The position numbers and the translations under genes were made by a program. Under the pieces are notes generated by a model. It saw only the letters and a program-made list of their open reading frames with translations. It did not search any database and was not told where the DNA came from. A stretch of DNA of 64,000 nucleotides. Origin: an uncultured Spirochaetota bacterium (GTDB taxonomy: Bacteria; Spirochaetota; Brevinematia; Brevinematales; JAOACQ01). Location: NCBI GenBank assembly GCA_963783575.1, contig CAWAOD010000018.1:1-64000 (forward strand), written 5' to 3'. Of this stretch, positions 21,360-30,980 are shown in pieces; within the stretch, counting starts at the first letter, position 1; each line of letters starts with the position of its first letter.

Positions 21360-23120
21360 TTAATCATCCTCAAGTTTAATATTTAAGTAAACGATTTTAT
21401 CTATTAATAAAGAAAATCCCCCCAGATCTCCATCCAGCAGCAAAAAATTTAGAGCGCTGCTGAAGCAGAATGCATCATCTATAGCATCAATAACTCTCTT
21501 ACCGTTCAGATATCTATCGCCGTCAGTTTTTTTATCAAATTCCAGGATCGTTTCGGGATTCTGTATGATCTTTTTGTCATTCTTGTAATCGGTTAAAATA
21601 GTAAGGAATTTACTGGAAAATTCTTCGGTGAACTCCCTGGCTTCCTTTCTCATTGATCTTGATATCTGGCTTCTCTGCAAAGAATACTGGTTAGACCGAG
21701 CACTCCTCTCATGAATATTAATATAAGCATCATTATCAAGCTTCCGGATTTCACGGATAACTTTGATATACTCATTAACTCTTTCCAATATACCGCTGAC
21801 TTTATAATGAGTATCCATAAGGTCCCTTTTTATATCAATCCTTTTACCTTCAAGAAAAACAACATTAAATTCCACTTTATTCGAACTGAAGATAAAAGAA
21901 AATTCTTTATCAAAGAAATCAATCAGGCAGGACGATAAAAAAACTTTATCTTTAATAGAAAAGAGTGAACGGATATCTTTATTTTCCTTATAAAAATTTA
22001 AAATATCATTAAATTTCACTGTATTTTCTATTATTGAAAACCCCTTTTTAATTGGATTTTTATCATCCATTACGGCTGTTTCATTAGTATTTTTTATTTC
22101 ATCTTTTAACTCAGTGATCGATGATGCCTGTTTTAAAGTCTGAACTTGATTCTTTTTGACCTCTTCAGCTAAATCTTCCTTCCATTTTTCATTATAATAT
22201 CCAATATAATCTTCTTCCTGAAAATCAAGATAATCATTAAAAGATATATTCTTAACTTTAGAGTCGAGCTTATAATAATAATCAATTAATGCAAAGAGTT
22301 TGGGATATATTTTGATAAAAATAAAATCGATATACCCATTCATTTTTCTTAAATTTTGATATGTAATATTGGAATCCAGCTTGCGTATCTCTTTTTCTGT
22401 TAGCAGTGCAGTTTCAATACCGGTCTTCAATGAAAAATAATAAGGCTGCAGTATGAAAACGGATTTAAAAATCCCGGTTAAATGCTTCTGATAATATTTG
22501 ACTGGTTGGGATGACTGCCGCATTAATGAAAGCTGTTTAAAAAGTTCGTCGTCATAGATTTTATCAAAACGGTAAATCAGCTCAAAATAAAAAGGAAAAT
22601 TAGTATCCATAAAAAAACGTTTTTTAATTTCAGTAGCTACATAGTTATCCTGATATAATATGGAAGCAAGAATCATCCTTGAATTAAGAAGCATATTCTG
22701 GAAATTTGTCAATATAAGATCCTTGAATGCCTGCTTGAAATCATCCCCCCTGAAAGAAATTATACCGCTGAAAACACAGCCGAGTTTCGCTGATAAATAC
22801 TCAATCCATTTATTAACAGGGTTGTTTTTCTTATTTTTCTGGCTTAAATCCATTTCAATGTTTTTCTTATTAAAAACAGGCTTCGCTTCCGTATAAACAA
22901 TTCTTTTATTATCCGTTCTTTCGGATTCCTTCTTAAATGTCCCCTTATCAGTAATCGGAGACTTAATAATTTCTGTCCCTTCTTTTTTTACTTTTTTATT
23001 TAAGTCAATAACCTGCCCCCCTGCTTGTACGAATTTATTAAAAATCTCTTTTTTCTTTACATCTTCCATGCCGTCAAGTTTTAACTTCTGCCTCATTTCA
23101 TCCATTTTATCCTTTGCCAT
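21360..23120 (-). CDS. Large alpha-helical hypothetical protein
   Basis: ~586-aa ORF in operon, AGGAG SD before MAKDKMD; no recognised motif. Confidence 0.75.
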   Translation of the reverse strand: MAKDKMDEMRQKLKLDGMEDVKKKEIFNKFVQAGGQVIDLNKKVKKEGTEIIKSPITDKGTFKKESERTDNKRIVYTEAKPVFNKKNIEMDLSQKNKKNNPVNKWIEYLSAKLGCVFSGIISFRGDDFKQAFKDLILTNFQNMLLNSRMILASILYQDNYVATEIKKRFFMDTNFPFYFELIYRFDKIYDDELFKQLSLMRQSSQPVKYYQKHLTGIFKSVFILQPYYFSLKTGIETALLTEKEIRKLDSNITYQNLRKMNGYIDFIFIKIYPKLFALIDYYYKLDSKVKNISFNDYLDFQEEDYIGYYNEKWKEDLAEEVKKNQVQTLKQASSITELKDEIKNTNETAVMDDKNPIKKGFSIIENTVKFNDILNFYKENKDIRSLFSIKDKVFLSSCLIDFFDKEFSFIFSSNKVEFNVVFLEGKRIDIKRDLMDTHYKVSGILERVNEYIKVIREIRKLDNDAYINIHERSARSNQYSLQRSQISRSMRKEAREFTEEFSSKFLTILTDYKNDKKIIQNPETILEFDKKTDGDRYLNGKRVIDAIDDAFCFSSALNFLLLDGDLGGFSLLIDKIVYLNIKLEDD

Positions 23121-23874
23121 GTAAAACTCCTGCCCAGTTGAATATGCTTTCTCCGGGCACATTATATACCTTGTATCCATTTGTAATGATTATAAAATCC
23201 AAATTTGAAAATGAGACAATATCAAATGTAATATTATCCTCCCCTCTCTCAAGCTTTATCCTGGAAGGCATTCCGTAAGCATCCTGCCCGGTATTTGTAA
23301 TCCTTTTAATCACTTCGACTTTTATATCAATTTCATCGGCATTAAACATTATAAATCTTATTTTATTATTTTCAAGAAAAATGATTGTATTTTTATTCGT
23401 AATATTATTTGTATTTTCATTAAAAAACAAATCTGAAAATGCATTTAATAAAAAGTTTGAGATATTTACGTTATCCGATACATATATTTCTTTATCGGAA
23501 GGTAGAATTACCTCATTTTCTCCTGAATTCCTTGATATATAATCAAAAATATGCTGATTCAATAAATTATCATAAATCCTGAATTTGAATTCTTCATTTT
23601 TTATTAAAAATGCATCTCCGTTTGCACGATAATTTTCTTCCCCCGATTTGATAAATACAAAAAATTGAAATCCAAGCCTGTCATTTTGCACCGACCTCAA
23701 ATTCACAGTTTCATTTTTAACCACCGGCCTGCCCGTACAGGAAATAAAAAAAAACACTGATAATAATAGCAGAATACCCCTTTTAACCCGGCTTTTTTTA
23801 TCCTGTTGCGGAAACCCTTTCAAAAAGTATGTGAGGCGCATATAAACTGCCTTTTTTATGAATTCTATTTTCAA
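23107..23874 (-). CDS. Putative lipoprotein, LolA/LolB-like beta-fold candidate (start uncertain)
   Basis: KRGILLLLSVFFFISC lipobox followed by beta-rich sequence. Confidence 0.6.
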   Translation of the reverse strand: MKIEFIKKAVYMRLTYFLKGFPQQDKKSRVKRGILLLLSVFFFISCTGRPVVKNETVNLRSVQNDRLGFQFFVFIKSGEENYRANGDAFLIKNEEFKFRIYDNLLNQHIFDYISRNSGENEVILPSDKEIYVSDNVNISNFLLNAFSDLFFNENTNNITNKNTIIFLENNKIRFIMFNADEIDIKVEVIKRITNTGQDAYGMPSRIKLERGEDNITFDIVSFSNLDFIIITNGYKVYNVPGESIFNWAGVLHGKG

Positions 23875-25120
23875 TCATCCGGATAGAATTTAATAGTTCA
23901 AACGCGTTTCCTGACAGCATTGTGTTTTTTACCCTTCCGGTTACTTTACCTTTTTCAACCAGATAACCCAGTTCAACATTGACTGAAAAATCACCCGCAA
24001 GGACATTGCTCATGCCGCCGCCTAGAAATTCGTAAACGATCAACCCGTAATCAATTGATTCAATCATTTGTTCAAGGTTTGAATTACCTGTTGAAATAAT
24101 TAAATTCGAAAATGAGGGAGAAGGAAGAGAGGCCACTCCCCGGTTGCCATGCCCCGTACTCTTCTTTCCAAGACGTTTAGCCATTGTTAGATCATAAATA
24201 TAATTCTTGAAAATACCATTTTCAATTATCGTAAGTTTCTCCGGTAATACACCCTCATCATCAAATGGGTAGCTCCCAAGACCACCCGCATACAATGGGT
24301 TATCAATCATTGAAAACTTTTCAGAGCATATCTTATTATTTAATTTATCCGAAAGAACGGAAATGCCTTTATACAGAGTTTTTGAGTTCGCAGCAATCTC
24401 AATCGGCTCTAAAATCAAATCCATTGCTTCGGGAGAAAAGAGAACCGGATAATATCCCGATTTTACATTGACTTTAGTCTGTGCGTATTTGTACCGCCAT
24501 TCTATGTTTTTATAAATAGTATCAAGATCAATATCCAGGCTGTAAGAAGTGTCGCCGTCTCCGACATATAAAAGACCCCCGTCATCATCAACAAGAATCA
24601 TACTTGCAGAAAGACCGAAATGAGTCTCCTCATATTTTCCAAAAAAACCGCTAGTATTTGCAAGGATATTTCTGCTGCAGCTTTTAGAAATTGATACACT
24701 TACTTTTGCTTTGCTATCTATCGATTTCAGATTTTTTAAAATAGTAAATCCAAGTTCCAGACCTTTTTCTTTTGGATAAGTAATAACCTCCGGATAATAA
24801 AATGTCAAGCCGGAGTTTTGATTTTCAGCGCCCGGTTGTGCAGGAAGATCAATATCTATCTCATCGCCGAATGCGGAGCTTTCTTCTGCGCTTTTTAACA
24901 TGAAATCAGTATCATCAAGAGAATTCATATATGAATTTCCAACCTTTCCATCCTTGAAGATTCTTAACCCGATTGCAAACCTGTTAATGTCCTCAATCGA
25001 CTTCAATAAATCCATATCAAAATCAATAGGCGTCGATTCGGAATATGTTGCTATTACATCGCCTTTATTAACCGAACGGCTTATTTTTCCCACAGTTTGC
25101 TCAATATTATTTATATCCAT
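23798..25120 (-). CDS. pmbA: TldD/PmbA family protein (PmbA-like, no HExxH)
   Basis: IGLRIFKDGKVG, SYPFDDEG, STGHGNR, GDFSVNV, GGGM. Confidence 0.85.
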   Translation of the reverse strand: MDINNIEQTVGKISRSVNKGDVIATYSESTPIDFDMDLLKSIEDINRFAIGLRIFKDGKVGNSYMNSLDDTDFMLKSAEESSAFGDEIDIDLPAQPGAENQNSGLTFYYPEVITYPKEKGLELGFTILKNLKSIDSKAKVSVSISKSCSRNILANTSGFFGKYEETHFGLSASMILVDDDGGLLYVGDGDTSYSLDIDLDTIYKNIEWRYKYAQTKVNVKSGYYPVLFSPEAMDLILEPIEIAANSKTLYKGISVLSDKLNNKICSEKFSMIDNPLYAGGLGSYPFDDEGVLPEKLTIIENGIFKNYIYDLTMAKRLGKKSTGHGNRGVASLPSPSFSNLIISTGNSNLEQMIESIDYGLIVYEFLGGGMSNVLAGDFSVNVELGYLVEKGKVTGRVKNTMLSGNAFELLNSIRMIENRIHKKGSLYAPHILFERVSATG

Positions 25121-25286
25121 AAATTCCCCGGATTTGTGTTTTATAATTCTTGGGTATTTTCTATTGTAATTATTAAGTATATAACCAATTTCATTTATCG
25201 TCAAGGCAACGAAAGATAGGTATTTTATCAATAAAATTTAAAATATTCCGATTCTGTATAATATAATATTGATCAGGAGATTTATT

Positions 25287-25940
25287 GTGAATCAAAATAA
25301 ACCGCACGCATACTGGGGTATATTATTTTTGCTTCTTTTGGCAGTTTTGGCAGGTTTCATTATACTGGTCCTGCCAACAGCACTGCAGAATAAAAAAGCA
25401 GATATTATTAAAACAATCGCATATCTTAAAAGCGAGTTTCCTTTTGCGGATTTGAAAATAAACGGGAAAAACGGGCAGAACATCATATTTACCCTGACAA
25501 TGGTGAATATTGACGGAGATAAAATTTTAACCAAGGATTTTAATTTAAAGGGAAATGATATATACCTCGAATCAAAGGTTGTTGTTGTAAAAGCGGAAGA
25601 TCAGGAAAAAGCATTTATTTTCCCTGCAAAACTTTACTCGGATGAAATTCCGGAAGAGAATGGCAGCGATTTATTTTCATTATATGTGGAAAATAATTAC
25701 CCAAAAAATTATCTTTCAACAAACCGGGATCCGGGTTTTATATCAACAATAAAAAATATATTTCAGATTTCCCTTACTAGTGATGAAAATACAAAAAATC
25801 TTGAAGCGGAATCAATAAAAATTATTCTAAACATGGACGCCGTTTTACATCAAGCGGCATTTAACAATTTCCAGGAAGGGAAATCCTACCGCTGTATTCT
25901 TCATTCAAACGGCGGACTTGAATTACTGGAGGTAAAATAA
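25287..25940 (+). CDS. Membrane-anchored hypothetical protein
   Basis: AGGAG SD plus GTG start; N-terminal TM helix; similar to the next gene. Confidence 0.8.
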   Translation: MNQNKPHAYWGILFLLLLAVLAGFIILVLPTALQNKKADIIKTIAYLKSEFPFADLKINGKNGQNIIFTLTMVNIDGDKILTKDFNLKGNDIYLESKVVVVKAEDQEKAFIFPAKLYSDEIPEENGSDLFSLYVENNYPKNYLSTNRDPGFISTIKNIFQISLTSDENTKNLEAESIKIILNMDAVLHQAAFNNFQEGKSYRCILHSNGGLELLEVK

Positions 25941-26845
25941 TGGAAAACTTAGGGAAAATCCAGGGTTTGAAAATCAAGGGACTGGAAGATATTTTAAGTT
26001 CGATATTTTCGCTCCTCAATGTTTTGGTCATTACCGCAAAATTCCTTTTTCTTACACCTGTAGGATGGGTATTGATAATATTAGGCATGATAATAATCAT
26101 ATTCTACAAATCAAAAAATAAAAAGGGAGAAATCACAGTTTCAGGCTTACTGGGCGGAACTACCGAGACACTTTTCCGTTTTTACTCAAATATCACAACA
26201 ATATTGCTTGGAATAGTATTATTGATCTTAATAACAGTAATTTTCAATTTGATGAATGATGTTTCAAAAAGCCTTTATTTATACAGGGATATTAAAACCC
26301 TGGAAGCTACACTTAAAAATTTAAAAACCGAAAGGAAATTAATTGAAGTTAATGCAATACCTGATAATAATCAGGCATCACCGGGTTTAACGGTTAAAAT
26401 AAAATATTTTTCATATTCCCCCGTTAAGGATGCCGATATATCGACCGGAGATGCGTCTTACACCATACCCGGAAAGAAGATTTATGTCGATTTCGGACTA
26501 ATAAACTTCGATTATTCCCTGGTTGAAAAAGCAGCCGAGAAAAATATAGCCTTCCCTGATAAAATATTTACGGAAACCATCAGCCCGGAAAACGGTCTCG
26601 GTATTTTTAATCAGCCTGGAGAAGTACCGTTGACATTCAAACTTGACAATCAGGATCTTTTTTCAATAGAACAAAACGATTATAACAGGGAAATTAATTC
26701 TATCGTTGAGGCCGTAAGTAATACCTCAAAGGCAAAGAAGCTCGGTATAAGGACAAGCTACGGCGAAGCTATCGGAATCTACCCCGATCCGAAAAAAACT
26801 TACACCTTCTATTCAACAGCCATCGGCGGGATTGTATTGAGATAG
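25940..26845 (+). CDS. Membrane hypothetical protein (paralog of the preceding gene)
   Basis: TAATG coupling to upstream gene; 2-3 N-terminal TM segments. Confidence 0.8.
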   Translation: MENLGKIQGLKIKGLEDILSSIFSLLNVLVITAKFLFLTPVGWVLIILGMIIIIFYKSKNKKGEITVSGLLGGTTETLFRFYSNITTILLGIVLLILITVIFNLMNDVSKSLYLYRDIKTLEATLKNLKTERKLIEVNAIPDNNQASPGLTVKIKYFSYSPVKDADISTGDASYTIPGKKIYVDFGLINFDYSLVEKAAEKNIAFPDKIFTETISPENGLGIFNQPGEVPLTFKLDNQDLFSIEQNDYNREINSIVEAVSNTSKAKKLGIRTSYGEAIGIYPDPKKTYTFYSTAIGGIVLR

Positions 26846-26913
26846 CAAATTAGCGGATGGAAATTTCAGCAGGAGTTGATTTTACATCAAAAAAATGGAA
26901 TACTTCGGGAATT

Positions 26914-27930
26914 TTATAAATATGAATCCGATTCTATCATTACACCATTAGATGGCTCTAGGTTATATATTTCTTTTGCACCGGCTTTTTTAAGGGACTC
27001 TACAAGAAATTCAGAATTGCCGGCTTTTTTTAAAACAATAATAGTCCCGCCTCCGCCCGCGCCTGCGAGTTTTGCTCCCAAAGCGCCGGATTCAAGAGCC
27101 GCCTTTATCATCCTTTCATTTGCGTCGTTAGAACCGACCAAGCGGCGCTGAATTTCATGATTTTCATTCATCAAACGACCAAGGTTTTGCCAATCTTTTA
27201 AAATCAGAGCTTTTTTCCCCAAACCAGCTAATTCAGTGATTCTTTTATAACCTTCGACAACTTCAGTTTCGCCCGAAAGCCATCGTTCGCTAAGAGGCTT
27301 ATGAACAGCGCCGGAAATTCTTAGCACTCCCGAACAGGCAAGAATAAAAGGCAGTTCTTTAACATCAGCAGATAAAGATTCAACAGAAGCATAAGCCATT
27401 TCTTCAGAGAACTCATTAAAATATTTTCCCCTGAAGTCCATAAAATTTATACCACCGAAAGCGCACATATAAGCATCCTGGAAACCGCAAACAATCTTAA
27501 GCTGCGTATACTCGATCAAGCGCACATCTTCCGCCAGCTGATAACTTGAAGGATATTTCCCCTGCCAGGCATAAACAGCCTTCAGAAGAGCGGTTATCAG
27601 AGCAGTTGAACCTGCAAGGCCGCTCTGCCTGGGTATCTTTGTATCAAACCTGATGCTGCATTCCGGAAGCCCAGTATAACTTATAACAGACCTTACAATG
27701 TCAAAACAATCCGATTGTAATTGCAGGTCTTTTTCACCTTCGATTTTGATTCTGACATTACCGGTTTCTATTGTCAATCCCGAACCGGAAGATATTGTCA
27801 CCGATGCCCGCAGGCCCATCGAACAGGACAGCACCGAACCGCCATACATATCCGTCGGGTTACCGATTATACCGGCTCTTCCGGGGGCAGAAACCGTAAT
27901 AGACCGCTTTTTGCTTGTTAAATCCGGCAC
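26914..27930 (-). CDS. GHMP-family sugar kinase, glucuronokinase-like
   Basis: APGRAGIIGNPTD, IPRQSGLAGSTA, IVCGFQD, GAKLAGAGGGG. Confidence 0.85.
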   Translation of the reverse strand: MPDLTSKKRSITVSAPGRAGIIGNPTDMYGGSVLSCSMGLRASVTISSGSGLTIETGNVRIKIEGEKDLQLQSDCFDIVRSVISYTGLPECSIRFDTKIPRQSGLAGSTALITALLKAVYAWQGKYPSSYQLAEDVRLIEYTQLKIVCGFQDAYMCAFGGINFMDFRGKYFNEFSEEMAYASVESLSADVKELPFILACSGVLRISGAVHKPLSERWLSGETEVVEGYKRITELAGLGKKALILKDWQNLGRLMNENHEIQRRLVGSNDANERMIKAALESGALGAKLAGAGGGGTIIVLKKAGNSEFLVESLKKAGAKEIYNLEPSNGVMIESDSYL

Positions 27931-27987
27931 CTTCCCGCCTTCCTATAAATTTTATTTTTCCTTTTTTTAATTATGACGGCTGAATAG

Positions 27988-29760
27988 CTACCAATTTTTA
28001 TAAAATTGTTGAAATACGCTATATGCCAGCTTTTTATTTTTTTTATCGGCGGATAACAGACCTTTGATATTGTAATAATTCTGCATCACATGAAGCCTTC
28101 GGGGACACCTGAAATCGTAAAGGATCCAGGGACTTATTCCCCTGACATAACTTATTTTTGATATGACATCAAGCTGTTTTTCATATACAACCTTTTGAAA
28201 ATCCTCAGACCCAAGTTCTTTTGAGCTTCCCCTTGAACCAGCCCTGGCATCGGCCCCGAATTCGGAAACTATTACAGGTTTAGCAGGTCTGCTGTTTTCA
28301 AAAATTTTTAATAATTTATCAAAATCCGGATCATACCAGCCATAGTATTCGTTAAGGCCGATAATATCCAAGTAACCGGCAAGCCTGTCAGCTATTACCA
28401 GATTGATATTGTCCACAAGACAGGCGGCGGAAATTAATCTTGAAGGATCAATTTCACGGGCCTTTTGAACCAGACTTATCATAAAATTGAAGCGGTTATC
28501 CGTGTCGGGATTTTCATTGCCGACCGACCAGATAATAACGCTTGCCCTGTTTATATCCCTGCTGATCAATTCCATTAACTGGTTTTCGGCATCGCAGTAA
28601 GTTCCTGAATTGCGAAAGTCAATTGCCCAGTAAACCGGGATTTCCTCCCACAGCATTATACCCATTTCATCCGCAATAAATGCAGTGTTCTCAGTATGGG
28701 GATAATGAGCCAGCCGAATAAAATTACATTTTAAATCCCTGGCTATTTTAATATTTTCAATGATCTCATCAACCGTAATCGCCTTTCCGTTTTGCAGGCT
28801 TTCTTCATGAACGCTTATCCCTTTTAGAAAAACTGGATAGCCGTTCAATAAAATTTTGTTTCCATTAACTCTTATTTCCCTGAAGCCAACCCGGTCCCTT
28901 ACTGAGTCATCCCGATAAGATAAACAAACATCATAAAGATGAGGGTTGCCTAAAGACCACAATTCCGGCGATGCTTTAATTACGGCTTTTCCCTTCCCGT
29001 TAACAGCGGGAATAAGCTCCTTTACCGATAAACCTTTTATTTCAAACAAGGCTTCGCCATTCCGGTCATTTCCTTCAATAAAGAATTCAACATTTATTTC
29101 ACTGAAGCCGCTTCCTGGTACTAACGATACAGAGAAATCCTTTACAAAGGTTCCCGGGAGCCTTATCAGATCAACATCCCTGTAAATCCCTCCATAATTG
29201 AACCAATCAGTATTATCAGCCGGGACATTCGTTCTTTTCCTTGAATTATTGGCAACAACAATTATCCTGTTTTCTTTTTCAAGATAATCTGTAACATCAA
29301 TAAAAAAAGGCGTTGATCCGCCCTTATGCATACCGATAAATATTTTGTTTAAAAAAATCTTCGCCTCATAATTAACGGCTCCGAATTTAATAAAAACCCT
29401 TTTTTCTCCATGATTCTCATAATGGAATTTCCTTGTGTAAACTGCGCTCCCTTCGTATAAAAAATATTTTTCATTGACCATATTCCAGCAAGACGGCACA
29501 AAAATCTTTTCCCATTGATCGAAGCTGTAATCTACCGGCAATTCGCGGCCGTTTTCATCGTAATATTTTTCCTCATACCACTTGGAACGGATGCAGTTTT
29601 CGTACTGATCGATCCCGAAATTCCACCATCCGTTCAATGATTCCCTTTCGCGGTAGCGGTCGTAAATCATTTCCCGGTAAGTTATAATTTTCTTTAAAAA
29701 TGGAACCTCATATTCATTATCATGAATGTTGGAAAGAAAATTGTTTGATTGCTCCGTCAC
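27988..29760 (-). CDS. GH2 beta-glucuronidase
   Basis: DWFNYGGIYRDV, RLAHYP, WSVGNEN (acid/base), YYGWY, SEFGADA (nucleophile), N-x-K motif (YNIKG). Confidence 0.88.
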   Translation of the reverse strand: MTEQSNNFLSNIHDNEYEVPFLKKIITYREMIYDRYRERESLNGWWNFGIDQYENCIRSKWYEEKYYDENGRELPVDYSFDQWEKIFVPSCWNMVNEKYFLYEGSAVYTRKFHYENHGEKRVFIKFGAVNYEAKIFLNKIFIGMHKGGSTPFFIDVTDYLEKENRIIVVANNSRKRTNVPADNTDWFNYGGIYRDVDLIRLPGTFVKDFSVSLVPGSGFSEINVEFFIEGNDRNGEALFEIKGLSVKELIPAVNGKGKAVIKASPELWSLGNPHLYDVCLSYRDDSVRDRVGFREIRVNGNKILLNGYPVFLKGISVHEESLQNGKAITVDEIIENIKIARDLKCNFIRLAHYPHTENTAFIADEMGIMLWEEIPVYWAIDFRNSGTYCDAENQLMELISRDINRASVIIWSVGNENPDTDNRFNFMISLVQKAREIDPSRLISAACLVDNINLVIADRLAGYLDIIGLNEYYGWYDPDFDKLLKIFENSRPAKPVIVSEFGADARAGSRGSSKELGSEDFQKVVYEKQLDVISKISYVRGISPWILYDFRCPRRLHVMQNYYNIKGLLSADKKNKKLAYSVFQQFYKNW

Positions 29761-29844
29761 ATGCCTTCCTCAAATCCGTCAGACTTTATGTTAATTTAAG
29801 TCAATTACATTAAAATAAAATTATTATAATCTACTGAATAATTA

Positions 29845-30327
29845 TTATCTTTTCCAGAATTTTGGAATAGGAATGATCTCGTTCACCCTGGCTGTATAAT
29901 CCAGAAATTCTTTACCGAAATTTTCAAGCAATGCGCTGTATTCTTCCTTTATAAGAATCTTGAAATTTATATATAATGGAACTATAACCGACATCAGCAG
30001 CCAGGACCTGAAACAAATCCCGAGAGCCGGCACAATAAAAACAATAAAAGTCGCATAAATCGGGTTCCTTGACAGAGCGTATGTCCCGGTTGTCAGTAAT
30101 CTATTTTTGTAAAATCCCCTGAAAAAAGTCACTGCAGTTAAAGCGTAAAAAATAATCCCAATCAATCCCCAGGCCGAAGCAATAATGAATGCGGGAATTT
30201 GAGACAAAAAAGCCATTTTCAGAAAATCAGGATAAAAAATCATGACAGCAATTACCAGAATAATATAAGGAAGTGTTACCAATACAAGTTTCGGCCCGAT
30301 ACCTTCCCAGTACATCTTTACTGCCAT
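29845..30327 (-). CDS. Isoprenylcysteine carboxylmethyltransferase/PEMT family membrane protein
   Basis: LLTTGTYALSRNPIY, IKEEYSALLENFGKEFLDY. Confidence 0.85.
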   Translation of the reverse strand: MAVKMYWEGIGPKLVLVTLPYIILVIAVMIFYPDFLKMAFLSQIPAFIIASAWGLIGIIFYALTAVTFFRGFYKNRLLTTGTYALSRNPIYATFIVFIVPALGICFRSWLLMSVIVPLYINFKILIKEEYSALLENFGKEFLDYTARVNEIIPIPKFWKR

Positions 30328-30394
30328 CTCATTCCTCCATAGTTAATATTTACTTAATATATAGTTTTTATTTTATCTTAAAAATCTGATGAAT

Positions 30395-30760
30395 CTATGC
30401 TAAAAACAGGTACGATAAAATAATTGTACCGAAACCAGAGGCAATATTCAGGTAAATAATTACATTGGAAATTAATAAATTAAAATGATCTTTCCGTTTT
30501 ACTATAATTTTATGAACTAAAAACGGAATCAGTCCGCCTGCCCCGGCAATTATCCCTATAATCATACCGGCGAGGGATTTCTTTTCAATTTCAACCAATC
30601 CGTAAAGCAAAAACAGAATTATGGGGATATGTAGAAGCAAAAATCCGCTTATATTCCCCGGTAATTTTAGTATTTCCCATTCCTTTTCATACGCCGACTC
30701 AATTTCATGAAGAAGCAATAATGCAGCATTAACTATAAAGAAAGCTGTTAAAAGATTCAT
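30395..30760 (-). CDS. Small membrane protein (DUF6713-like)
   Basis: LLLLHEIESAYEKEW, FLLLHIP; 4 hydrophobic segments. Confidence 0.65.
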   Translation of the reverse strand: MNLLTAFFIVNAALLLLHEIESAYEKEWEILKLPGNISGFLLLHIPIILFLLYGLVEIEKKSLAGMIIGIIAGAGGLIPFLVHKIIVKRKDHFNLLISNVIIYLNIASGFGTIILSYLFLA

Positions 30761-30980
30761 ACCGGGCTCCTTTTTGTTTAATTATTATGATTCATTATAA
30801 ATAAAGTTATTGTAAAGTTCAATTTCTGCCCTACAATACTTTATTATTTTTCTCCGTATCTCTGAGTCTGCGGTTTAATAAAAACCAGGTATAAAACTAA
30901 ATAACCGTAACTGCAAAAATTGTTTTTTTAAGCCAAAAATTGTATAATTACTATACTTATGAACCTAACAGGAGGATTCA

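Noticed and set aside
23798..25120. Orphan PmbA implying a new function
   Set aside because: tldD and pmbA are often unlinked; the partner may lie elsewhere in the genome.
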